A DNA stretch of 64,000 bases, taken from the NCBI GenBank assembly GCA_011109175.1, contig RDEW01000006.1, positions 843,232 to 907,231 on the forward strand. Direction: 5' to 3'. Both the position numbers and the translations under genes were made by a program. Positions within the stretch are counted from its first letter, which is position 1; each line of letters starts with the position of its first letter. The notes under the pieces were generated by a model. The model made no database searches. It had not been told where the DNA came from and saw only the letters and a list, made by a program, of their open reading frames with translations. The stretch comes from Dicyema japonicum. Lineage: Eukaryota; Animalia; Dicyemida. Below are positions 12,681 to 25,600 of this stretch, piece after piece.

Positions 12681-13849
12681 TAACATTTTTGACGGAATTT
12701 CCTTTCCTATCTAAATTTTTTATGCAAGTTAAAAAATATTAATATCAATATATTATAATAAATAAAATAATTTATTATAAAATTTAAAATACTCGTTGGT
12801 GTATGGATTGTGTCTTTTTCATTAACAACGACGATGAACGCCTAAAAAGTAAAATATTAGTACTAATATCAAAGAAAAGAGGAATGTGAACAAAGTTGAT
12901 TCCAAAAATGCGATAATGGTATTAATATCCATTATTTTAGACTGCCAAAGCTTTATTGCAGAAAAATCACGACTCTTGTAATCTAAACGCTATTTTTAAT
13001 AACATTATTTCTGAAATTTTGAATAAAAAAAGTGCTGACTATTAGTTCCTCAATTTAGGATGTCCACGTGCTTTTCGTACTCTCATTAAAGTTTGTTCAA
13101 GACAATTAAAGACTAATAATCATAATATCACATGAGATTCAAATACCTGATGATTGCCAAATATCAAACCCTTGATGGTTCTCTCAGATTTAGAAATGCA
13201 TCTGCAATGGGGCTTCGTATGGAACTTCACGTGTGGTTGAATTGGAAGAATTTAGTAATGGGTGATCTGTTTTAATGTCTTCACGTGTCTAAGTTTTTAT
13301 CTCGTCATTGCAAAAATTTGAGGAACCTAATGGTTCTGCCCTGTATACAGGGTGAATTTTTAGTTAGAGATGCACAATTCCCTAGGACTGTCCCTGAATA
13401 AATGTTTTCAATCTCCGAAAATGATTTCATTCAAATTTTTGATTTTTATTATTTTTGTTTCCAAAGATTTCGGAGAAACGTATTGGGGCATGCAAACTAC
13501 TTGCTCCCAAAAGACAAGACTTAAAGTTCTTCGATGATTTTGACATGATTCAGCCTTCCAATAACGTGTGACTGTGGGGGAGAGAAAAATATCTAAATAT
13601 TTTAGAGCAGTTTAGCATACTTTGAGTCTTGTTACTGTAATTTACTGGAGTTCCTTAATGGGGAGTATGAATTTTTTCAACTGAATCTATTAAGAACCAA
13701 CAAAAGGGAAGAGGACATTCAGCCTACGTAGCTGTGGGAACCCTTCCAGTAAAATGGGAGAGAAAATGACCCTTTTTGTCCCACTCTTGCACTGGGAGCA
13801 TCTCTTTTAGGTTCCATTGCTTAGGTGAAAAAAGCCACCTTAAACATTA

Positions 13850-15420
13850 ATTTATTTACTCCGAAATCAAGAGAAATGGGATAAGAGTTATCGTCTATTT
13901 AAGTGATCTCTTGACCATTCCTGTCCTTTTGAGTCCTGGAAATTTGTGTTATTGCGGCCATCGCGGAAGGATCCGGGTGCTTCAGTTCGAAATTGAAATT
14001 TATTTTCAAAGACCACAGTTAAAGAAAAGAACAAAAAATTATGTGATCCCGGAGAATTTCAATGGGGCTCTCAGCTTGGCCCAGTGGTCTTCCCTCGGTC
14101 CAACACAAGCACGCAGTGGACGAGTGATCCTCTGGTATCGTTGAGTTTGGCCTCCTTTTCTTCTTATTAAGTCTTCCAAGGGGGTAGGTGTAGAATTAAG
14201 ATCGCCTTTGATCCAGTTCTCTATCGCGGAAAACGCTCTTTTTTGGGTTGTTGCAATTCTTTGAGCATTCGTCCAAAAAATTGAGGGACCCCATGATGCA
14301 CATGCATATGATATACATGGCTCGACGTACTAGTGATTTCAGAGGCACAAAGTGCCCCAAACCGGGGTTACACTGTAGTGATTTCAGAACGGGATGACTT
14401 CCGATCCTCCATAAACCAAAGATCCCCTTTAAGAGGTTGATTTTCTTTTCACATTCGTTTAAAACATTTCCACGTGGCGCGAGAAAGTCATATGGGTGTC
14501 GAATACTACTCCAAGATCTTCTGCCATTTTTGGAATGGCAACTTACTTCCATCTGCTTCTATATCCACTGTCCTGTTGGATATTCTCTTATCAGAGGTAA
14601 GGAGAGACGTAACCTATTTTCCGGGCTGATCGACAGACTGTTTTCATTTACCAGTAGATTAAACAGTTTACAAGTAATTGTATTCACTCCGAGGCGACCT
14701 GAACGTCTTGGTCCCTGGATACAATGACAATATAAACTGCATAAGCCAGTAAAAGGTCATCCTCATGCTCCGGAGTCGGGATATCATTCAAGAAAAAGTA
14801 GAAGAGGGGGACAGAGGAGATCCTTGGGGTATTCCATTTGGAATTAAATGGGAGCTCGACCGTAGGTTTCCCAAACAGACTCGTCCTCTTCGTCCACTGA
14901 GAAAATTCACCAGCCAGAGTTTGAAATTCCCAGGTATATCCGTCTGAAGATTTTCCTGGCGAGTCTTTTCTTGGGATGGAGTCGAATGCACTGTGAATGT
15001 CTACAGAACATAGAATTGTTTTTTGTGCCTGGGTTTGTTGGTGAACCCGAGCAAATAAAATCACTCAGGGTTACTAGGTGGGTATCCGTCGAGTGAAAGG
15101 ATTTAAATCCGTGTTGGAATGGTTTCTCTGGGATTGTTCCTTTGATTTTCTGAAGAACTAGTTTTTCCAGAATTTTCGACATTGAAGATAGCAACGATAC
15201 CGGTCTGAATGATGCCGGATTGTTTTTTGGTTTTCCCATCTTCAATATCGGGCGGATGTAGACGAGTTTCCATAGTGAGGGGATCACATTTTCCCTTAAA
15301 GACCAATTATAGATCTTTGTAAGGGTCCTGATCCTCTCTGGTCCAAGATTTTTCAGCAGGATAACAGGGATTCCATCTGGGCCGTGGGAATAGGTAGTCT
15401 TTGTATTGGCAGTGCTTCTT
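13850..15420 (-). mobile_element. Degenerate LINE RT region (Ingi/Vingi/I group)
   Basis: PILKMGKP..SFRPVSLLSSMSKILEKL..QHGFK; VDIHSAFDSI; GIPQGSPLSP. Confidence 0.85.
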
Positions 15421-18400
15421 TTACATCCGTTTCTGAAAAGTAGGAAAATAAGCGGTCCCTCTTCGGTTTTTCCAAAGGATATACAAGAATATACAAATGG
15501 TTATTGCGAAAGGATCTAAACGAGCGACAAAGACAACGAAAGTTTCAACAATAAAAACCAGCGGCTCTTCTCGTCCTCCGAGAAGTTCTATGGCTGATTC
15601 GTTCACATTGGACAACAAAACGCTGTGCGAGACAGACTGCCAATGAACCTATGAAACACGAATCCTCAGAAATGACCAAACAAGCAAACGAATCCATGAA
15701 AGCTAATCCCACAGACAACTCGTCCCTATTGATAACAGTCAACTCCGCTACCAGTGGGATAAGGATCGCGGACATTCTATACTTCTATGACCAGTACGGA
15801 TGTATGAGATGAGCCACAGAGGATCGGGCTCCTTCCGACTGGATTTTCGAGACATCTCCCACATGACTACCTTTATGGAGGCGTGAATGAGACCTGTCTT
15901 TTTGGCCCGGACAACCACCGATTCAGAACACTTTCAACAAAACCGTCTGAGATTTCCCTCAGGAACCTGCCTTTCTGGGTGAAGGAGGACGACCTCTTGG
16001 ACTACCTCCAGGAGATGGCTTTCTCAACTACAAAAGTTACCCGAATGTCCAGAGGATCGCAGACCATGCCAATGGCGAAGGCCTCAATTAATAGTAAATC
16101 GGAGGCTACATTGCTAATACATTGTGGGCTTCTACACTGGAACGAACATGATCTCCTGTGAGTGGATGAGAAGAGGACCGTCGATCTGCTACAACTGTCA
16201 GCAGGTCGGTCACCTTGCATTCCAGTTCACAGGAAGGAAGAAATGCTTCCGTTGTGCGGGGGAGCATGACACCTCCAAGTGCAGTGCGGACCCGGGTCTC
16301 GAACCTAAATGCGTTAACTGTGGATCAACAAAACGCGGTGCCAGGTATGGAGGATGCCCTGTGCTAGTGGAGGTCAGGCGAAACCTAAATCTCCGTATCA
16401 ACAATACGGAACCGAAACAGATGGATGTTATAACCAACAAAGTAGAACCATCAGCCCAAAAAAGAATAATCGGCCCAAGAATTAACAAGAATGAACCAGC
16501 TCCTCATCCACGAGAATCGGCCTGGATACCCAGAGAAAAAATACCAGTGAGAATTGCAAAGGAATTGGAAAAAATAATATCAAGACTAAAAAAACTAAGC
16601 GGTATACTCGGGGTGGATTTACGAAGAATGGTGGACCTGGCCATGGAGACCCCGGGCCACCTAAAAGAAAATTGAAAAGAAACCTGAAGATAGTTCTGGT
16701 GAATTCCCGATCCCTGAGGAAGAGGCGTCATGACCTAGCACTAATCCTGTCAACCACCAGGATTGACATCCTGGTGGTCAACGAGATCAAGGTGAAAAAG
16801 ACCAACACTACAAGGCTACAATGATATAATTCTATAGAAATACCGTGGTACTGGAACAACATTATTTCACAGTAATGACCTACAGATACGTGAGCCAAAA
16901 GTTATTATTTATACACATTGTAAATTTGTTTCCGTTGGGGTGCGCTGCTGTGGCCTTTGGATACACATTGGAGAGATGTATGACCTCAGAAAGTGTTTTA
17001 CAGAAATTGAAGAATTCTTTGCAGAAAACGATATGTCTGTCCCGGTAGGAGATCTAAACGCCAAGAACGTTAAATATGGATGCTTCGGAACTAACGAGGA
17101 TAGAATCAGACTAAGAAAATTGAGTGATAAAACTGGTTTCGAGATCATAACGTCGGAGGAGCCCAATCACTTCTCGATCACGATGGAAATATGCTTGGCG
17201 TGTTTCTTGGGCCACCACTGCTCTACATTTATGTGGGGAGACCGAAGATCATTTGGGACATCGAGAGCGACCACATCCTCAAGAAATGACACTGAACCTG
17301 GCTCCGGACACGGAGTCAGTGTTCACAGGTTATCAAGGCTAAATTGGGAACACTACAGAAGATACATATCTGGAAACCTCAAAAACTGGAAAAGGCGACC
17401 TTATTCCCGAAGTGATATTGACATCATAGACAGAGACCTTTCAATTGTGATGGAGAGATACTTATCACTTTACGCCAGGAAAAGACTTTCCGGTGCTAAT
17501 TATAAAAGAGCATCAATTTCTCCCTTTCTACGTTATCTCTGATTGAAGAAAGAAACCGACTGAAGAACAAACTCAGAAGATGTGTCGACTGGGTTACATT
17601 GACCGGTCAACTAAAGATAATCAAATAAGCCATCGAAGAAGGAACAAGACTGACTCTAGAACAATGTGGAGGGTCGAGGCAAGCAAACTAAACACCAAAG
17701 GCCCCTCGTTCTGGAAGATCTACAAAAGAATAACTGGCTAGAAGAGGAATGATAATGAAAATCTCTTTGAACAAGCCAGAAGGTGGGTCTTAAGAAGCAA
17801 ATAGACTGTATCCAGGGAGTCAACCCAATGGAGCTGAGCCTGAGGGAAGAGTTTGGAGCTTCACAAGATATTCTTACCTATTCTCCGGACGATCTCAGAT
17901 TCTGATATAAAGATAACGACAGAGGACGTCGTGATTATCATTAGAGCATGCAAAGCTAACGCTCCTGTACATGACCAAATTAGCATGAGAATGTTCAAAG
18001 AAGGTCCAGAGGATCTGCTGCTCGTGCTGAAGGAATTACTCAACGCAAGCATTGATCATGGATATATCCCAAGATGCTGGAAAACCTCTATTGTCAGGAT
18101 GATACTTAAACCAGGAAAATCGTGGAGAGACCCCCTTAACTATAAGCCAATCAGCCTAATTTGCTCTATCCCCAAGATTGCTGAGAGAATTATCTTCAAG
18201 AGACTGTTTCCTCCTCGCGGAACAATGTGGCTTCAGACCTGGGAAATCCTGCACGGATTGTATCCACCACATGCATTCGATGGTACTGAGAGCTCTGGAA
18301 TTCAAGAGGCAAGTCAACCTGGTGTGTTTGGACCTGTCCAAGGCTTTCGATAGCCCGTGGCATATGGCCCTCCTATCAAGGCTAGCGGCTGCTGACATCC

Positions 18401-19520
18401 AAAAGAAATTCTTCACATAGATAAAAGACTTCCTAACAGGACGGACTTTCCGAGTACGTGTTGGGGCAAATATGTCAAAAGATATCCTATTGAAGAGGGG
18501 CGTTCCACGGGAGCCCGCTTCTGTTCAATGTGTATGTTCAATCTGCCTTGAGCCCGCTTCTGTTCAATGTGCTTTTGTCAGACTTCCCTACTCCGCCGGA
18601 TGCGAACACCAAACTGCTGATATACGCAGACGATATTCTGATTATAGATACGTCTGAGAAGTTAACATAATCAGAAAAAAGAATCAAGTTATTCATTGAT
18701 CAAGTGCAGGATTGGTACTCCAAAAGAGGGATGAGACTCTCTACTGAGAAGTCCAGCTTCTTGAGGGTTAGTCGCCTACGGAGGCATCATGCGCAGCCCT
18801 ATTCACTTGGTATTCAGAACGTAAATTCACTCCGCTACCTCGAGATAGTTATCGATCGGGAAGGTTCTTTCATGGAGGATATCAGACGAAAAAGGCGTTG
18901 CAAGCGCTTGAACAACTCTTGAATTAGTAGGATGCCAATTTTGATTTTTAAGATGAGTGTTCTGAGCTCCAAGATTTTACCCTTGATTCCATTCGCGTTG
19001 AGCTGGATCTGTTTTCGAGGGGCACACGTCCGGGAAGCTGATACCGATCCAGAAATTCGCCGACCGGGGGTGACATTACTCTCCGGTGGAAGAAAGCAAA
19101 TGGTCCTTTTCTGAAGTGCGTTGCGCGCACTCTGAGCGCCTCCATGGCTATTCTGTCTGGTGGACCACATGACGCCACGTCTTAAACTAAATCGGTTTTA
19201 AACTTTTCGAGAAAGGAGATTTCATCTGAAGCGCGGGACAAGACGAGTATTAATTTTCCTGATTACTGAATGCACCATTGACAAGTCTAAGAAAGTCAGA
19301 GAAGGTGGTTCGTGCGGAGGAATTCAGATCGGCATTATAAAAGTGCACTCCGATAGAATTCCTCTGCAGAAATAAAAAAGACACTTCAGAAACGCAGTTG
19401 GTTTACTGGCGGAGCATTCGAAGGAAATTCGAGAGATGTTGGAGGCTGGGATCACTTAATTTAGCAAGTTAATTCTTTCTTTCTTGGTGGTCTTGGGGTT
19501 TTAAAATAAAATAAATAAGA
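15421..19520 (+). mobile_element. Near full-length degenerate Jockey/I-group LINE (gag-like ORF1 + APE-RT ORF2)
   Basis: ORF1 with three Zn knuckles CYNCQQVGH, CFRCAGEH..C, CVNCG; overlapping ORF2 VGDLNAK, YKPISLICSIPKIAE, QCGFRPG, LDLSKAFD, YADD; ends GIT* with (aaat)n tail. Confidence 0.9.
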
Positions 19521-19666
19521 AAGTCACGTTGAGACATTCATTTTCACAATTTTTAGGTTCAACCAACAATTTCATCATTTTGCAGTTTGAGTATTTTCCA
19601 TTAATAAGCAGACTAATCAAGGCACACTCAAAATAAAAACATAATAGAAAACTATACAAAAGAAAA

Positions 19667-22600
19667 TTATTCAAACTCATCAGTATACTGAGATTCATCC
19701 CACAGCTCCCCCATTTCTCGAATGATTGACTCGGACACCCCCTTTTTTGCATTTGGAATATGGGACTCCTCATTATTATGCACACTCGAAGCAAATATAT
19801 CAAATAATTCATTCGTAGCCATTGACGACAGGCTATTATTGTCTTCAGATATGAGAGTAGATGATACCATCTTTTTAAAACGTTGAAGACTAAATTATTA
19901 ATCAAAATTTCCACTTCATGATTTTGTCTTCTATCGTGTCCCTGGTTATCAGTCTATATACATTAACAGCCTTCTGTTGTCCAATCCTATGAGCTCTATC
20001 CATCGCCTGCATATCAGAGCAGGGATTCCAATCATGATCCATAAAAATGATCACATTGGCTCCAGTCAGGTTAAGTCCATGACCAGCAATTCTTGTAGTA
20101 GCCAACATAATCTCAAAAGAAGGGTCAGAGTTAAATCTATTGTAACCACAACAAACACCTATTGGCGTAATCCACTCTCTTTGAGTTTTGAACAGTCCCG
20201 TCCAGTCTCATGTACAATACATCGGGCATATGCTTACTAAATAAAAATCACATGAACGGAAAACCACAGCAAATCACTTATAATGATATCAATGAAAGCT
20301 CTTGTTTGACAAAAAATCACAACTCTGTGCCTTGAATTGAGAGTAATCAAAGAATCTGAGCCAATCCCGCAATTCTCCAAAATCTCTCTAATAATAAGTC
20401 AATTCGATACTTCAAGACGACCAGCTTCCCGGAAACGGAAATATCGCTCAGATCATAAGAGTTGTCGTAGTACTGACCAATATTCTTAAGTAGAGCAGGA
20501 TGATTGCAAATCAGTCGTGATTTATTGATAATCTAAAACTAACTCAGAGACAAAACTGATAATTTCCACGTCTGATCAGAAACTGTCGACTTTTTCATAA
20601 CAATGTTGGAAAGAGCATCATACAGGGCAACCTTTAGTAACGAATGTTAAATACCTGAAGTTCGCTCATATGACAGTGATAGTCCTGAATCGTCTTTGGT
20701 GGGAGATCATGGAGGACGTCCTCCTTTACACGCCGAAGAATAAATGGTAGAATATTCTTATGCAGACTTCGCAGTGCAATCAAACCAATAAATAAGAAAA
20801 ACTAGTACCTTCAGATGACTGAAGAACAGACGAATTAGACTGTTCCTTCAACGGAATAACGGATTTCACAAAACGTTTGTTAAAAGACTTTTCAGAACCC
20901 AGGAAACCGGGCATCAAAAAATCGAAAAGAGCCCAAATATCCAATATTTTACTCTGTACGGGAGTTCCAGATAGCAACAGTCTGTGCTTACAGCGAATTG
21001 ACTTGAGTGACTTTGATATCTATCATAGAAAGTACAACAATACCTTGTTGTTTGGATTCTTAATGACGTGTCCCTCATCTAAAATGCAAAAATCCCATTC
21101 AACAGAACTAAAGGTAAATAATAAGACAAACGTGAAGAAAAACAATGTCATGTCTAATAATTTCATATCTATCAAATTAAACTATTTAAAACTACCTCCA
21201 CGCGGATTATTTGATAAAATATTAATTATTTCTGCAACTGGATAATACTGAGACTCAAACTTATCCAGTCGCAATGAGAGATTTGTTCCAAAGTCCTTTT
21301 TAGCCCGAACCTATTTATTAATGTTTTTAATTCATACTTTATCTCCCATGTTAAAAGTATATTTACTATTATGAACATTCATTTTCCTGTTCATAGCTTT
21401 GTAATAATTCGAATTTTCTTCAATCGATTTAATTTCGAAATTAAATCTCTTCGCATTCGGACACAAATTATCTGACTGGGAATTATCTAGATATAAATTT
21501 TTTAAATCAAACTACGTGAATTTTCAATAGATTCTGGAGTCGAACAATTAACCAAATCGTCAATTTGTTCTGGAATCGCACACATCACTTAAATTATCTA
21601 ACTCATAATGTAATATAAGTATAACCATGAATTATTGAATTTATTCCCTTAATTCCTCGATATCTTTCGAAAGGACTTTTGTTAGAAAATAAATGGACCG
21701 ATATGTTGTAACTGTAGACAGCACTTTCTAATTTGTGACAAAATATCTAATAACTTTGTCATAAAGTTTAATAACTTTGTCAAATATTTAATAACTTTGT
21801 CAAAATGTTTAATAACTTTGTAAAATATTTATTGGATTATTATTTATATTTTTGGGATTATTATTTATATTTTTGGGATTATTATTTATATTTTTGGGAT
21901 CATATATATTATATTTATTGGATTATTATTTTATATTTTTGGGATCATTATTTATATTTATTGGATTATTAAGTTCCTATAAAAACAAATTTTAGCGCAA
22001 AATGAATTAAATGAATAGTTACCAAAACGAAAATACTACTGTAACCGAGGATAACCGACAAACTTATTAAATAAATATGAAGCAGGTTTGGCTTATTCAA
22101 AAATATCGAAGACATATGTATTACCAGACAGTTGTTTCTATCGTCAAAAAATACAGGAAGTTTTGCTTCAACAAGAAATAATTGTGGACGAAAAAAAACT
22201 TAATCCATCGGACATCTTATTTTTGACTAAAAAAATTGAAGAAGATGCTTCATTTACGCTGAAGAATTTACAAAATTCTTTTTTGATGTGAAAAGAAAAA
22301 ATGTCTCTCAATCGACAATAAATAGGACGCTAGAGACATTTGGATATACAGTAGGACCCCGCCCCAATCAAACCCCGGCCCTGGGGCACCCTCTATATTT
22401 GGGGCACCCTCTGTATTTGGGGCGATTTTTTAAATAAATATAATTATAAATGATCTTTTACATTTTTTCACATTTTTCGTTCAATAAATTCAAAATAAAA
22501 ACCCCGCTTTTTGGGGGCACTTTCTCTATAGAAAATTTAAAAATCTATTATTTAATTTTTATCTTTAATTTATTAATTTTCAAATAATTGTCAGCATGCC

Positions 22601-25600
22601 TGCGAAGCTTAGTCGTCATTTGAAACAACAGATTTTCGATTCTTTAATAAATCAAAATATGTCAGAAAGAAAAATTTGTCGATTATACAAGATTGGAAAA
22701 GGAACTGTTTCTCGAATTAAAAAAGAAATTGGAAAGGAAAATATTTCGTTAAACAAAGAAGTATTTTTTGAGGAAGTTTCATGCAAGAAGTTTGAATCCG
22801 ACCTTTCTACTCAAATTGATCGACTAGTATTCGAAGTCTTCAACAATTTGAGAAAGGATGGGATTTCAATTTGATTATTATGGATAATGCACGTTGTCAC
22901 AAATGTCAGGAATATTCAAACTTATCAATTTCTTAAACTTCCTAAAAACACAACAGCACTTCTTCAACCTTTAGATATGGGGATCATAAACTCATTCAAA
23001 TCATGTTATAAGAATGTTCTTTATGAAAATGATATGTCTTGACGATGCTAATGAATACTATGATGCCCTGTTGAAGATCAATATGAGACAAGTAGTCCAT
23101 TTGTGGGAGAAGCATGGACTCGTGTAACAAAAACTACAATATTGAATTGTTGGAAAAAGATAAATGAGCAAAGAACATTGTCCATGAAACAAATTCAAAA
23201 AAGAATCCGAATTAATTGATGAACATATTTCAGATTTAACAGAACTTGAAATAAATGGAATAGAAGAAAATGAGGCTATGTATAATGGAAATAATGAGAT
23301 GATGGGCTATATTTAAAAGATTACAATAAAAATTATGAATAATCTTGAATCTTCATTATTTAACATTTGTCCTGAAGGGCTTTAAAGAATACTATGAATT
23401 TAGGATTAAAATTTCAAAAATGCTAAGAAACAAATATTCCATTGGGAACAAAATAACTTGATTATTTTTCAATATGAAGCCAAAACCTTTTTGCAATATG
23501 AAGCAAAACATTGTATTGTAAAAATAATTATTTAAAATACGAATAGAGAGGTTAAAAATGTAATAATTTAGTATACTCTCTATATTTGGGGCACCCTCTA
23601 TATTTGGGGGCACTTTTCTATTGGGGCGGGGTCCTACTGTAGTTTTAAAAAATCAATTTGTACCTATGGCGAGAAATTCTACAATAAATATGGATGAAAG
23701 ATATAGATCTGCCAGAAAAATAATTGAAGTGATAATCAACGGCTTATTTTTATAGACGAAATGGGAGTCAATTGTTTGATGAGATCCAAATTTGGAAGAT
23801 CATATAAAAGGAGTTACTCCGAAAAAAATGTACTAGAAAACATAAGAGAGAAAAATTTCTCTATTTGTGCTGCTATTTCTGTGGACGGCCTTTTACATTA
23901 CGAAATCAATTCCTTTCCTTATCGCGCGGAGACGTTCATTGATTTTGTAATACAGCTTAATTATAAGCTTGAACATGCCAGGGAAAAAAGTATGGTTATG
24001 TATTATATTTAAGACATGGTATTGATTTGACAATGCATCAATTCACAAGAGCGAGCAATTAAAAAATGTTGTATTCGGAACTGGTATCCAATTAATTTTT
24101 AACGTGTCATTAGTTAAAGCATTGGCTAATGAAGAATTTTAATTTATAGTTGTTTTTTTTTCAATTAATTATAAAATTGGTTTCTTTTAATTTGACCCTT
24201 GACAAAGTTATTAAGTATTTTGACAAGTTATTAAACATTTTGACAAAGTTATTAATCGAGACGAGGATTATTTTGTGACTAAACACCAACTCCTGCAACC
24301 TGGGATAACCCAAACAACCACCTTTCTCTCTTTTTCTTAGAACCAGAATATATCACGTGAGATAGAAGTGAGTCGTCGAAAAATTTATCAATCTCGTACG
24401 CCCAGTGAGTAGTGAGAGCAACAGGACAAACCACGAGGGACGGTTTCTAATATGTTATTCAACCAAACCCAAGTTTGAGATGATTTATAGTAGTTGTGAA
24501 GAAGGACAATTATCTGTAAGGTTTTTCCTAGCCCCATATCATCAGCTAAAATTCCGTGAAGGCCATAGGTAGTTATAAAGTTGAGCCAGCTGATGCCATC
24601 CTAGAGATCATCATAATCTTCACCAATTGATAAGGACGAAGAGTTGTCTTGAGCTCTTTAGGCACTTCTACGGGGAAGATATTAGCCTGATTGTGTAGGT
24701 TTTCCAACAACATTCTCCCCCTCAACCACATTGGATGCAAAGGTTTCTCCACCTGTTCAACTGAATATGCACTCTACGGTCTAGATTTAATAACAACCTG
24801 AAGAGGAAACAATTCGACCAGTTTAGAGAAACATAAGGAGGCTATAGAGCGCACATGAGTTATTTGATCCCCGAGAGAAGAAAGGACAGAAGTAATCAGT
24901 ATTGGGACGTAAATTGATATATTTTTTGTTTCAATTATATCTAAGTTGAACACAAACATCAAACGATGTATCGTCTCAATTATACCCAATCTCGCCCACT
25001 TGTTGTCCAATTCTCCAAAAAACCACTCAAAGGTGAGGGTCCTCAATGAGGAGGAAGCCAAAATTCCCACAAAGCGAGCACATAAATGCCTGGAGAGGCA
25101 GTCCATATGGCATAAGCATCGCTTCAGAATAGACAGATTGCACACATATTTCGTAAGCATGATCTGAGACATGTAAGGAACAACCAACTCTGCGAAAAGA
25201 ATCTTACAGAGCAACTCATCGTCATTTAGAGTTCCATCGTCAACATATTAGGTCAAATAATACTTGAACTATTGAAAATGGCAAATTGATGCGAAATGAA
25301 CTGTTCAAACTCAGGGATGTTCGATTCACAAAGGAACATCACAGCCAACTCGGCACCGATGCGTTGATTGTCGAAACTCGTAAGCTTATGAATATTAAAG
25401 AGATAAATACGTCATTGAGTGGCTCAGCGAAACTTAGGTGGGTGTATGAAAACCTGAACTTTTGAGGGGCTGAAAGACCGCTGGACTAAAGGATAAATAA
25501 CCAAAACAAACCCATTCAGGGAACAAAGAGGCAACTACCGTAGATGAATCAAGAGAGATCTCATCTAAAAATGAACTAAATGCAGTATCACCAATCATGG

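Noticed and set aside
12780-13440. Possible Mutator/FLYWCH remnant (similar hints at ~28900-29700; piggyBac-like hint at ~750-950)
   Set aside because: Too decayed to assign from motifs by eye.
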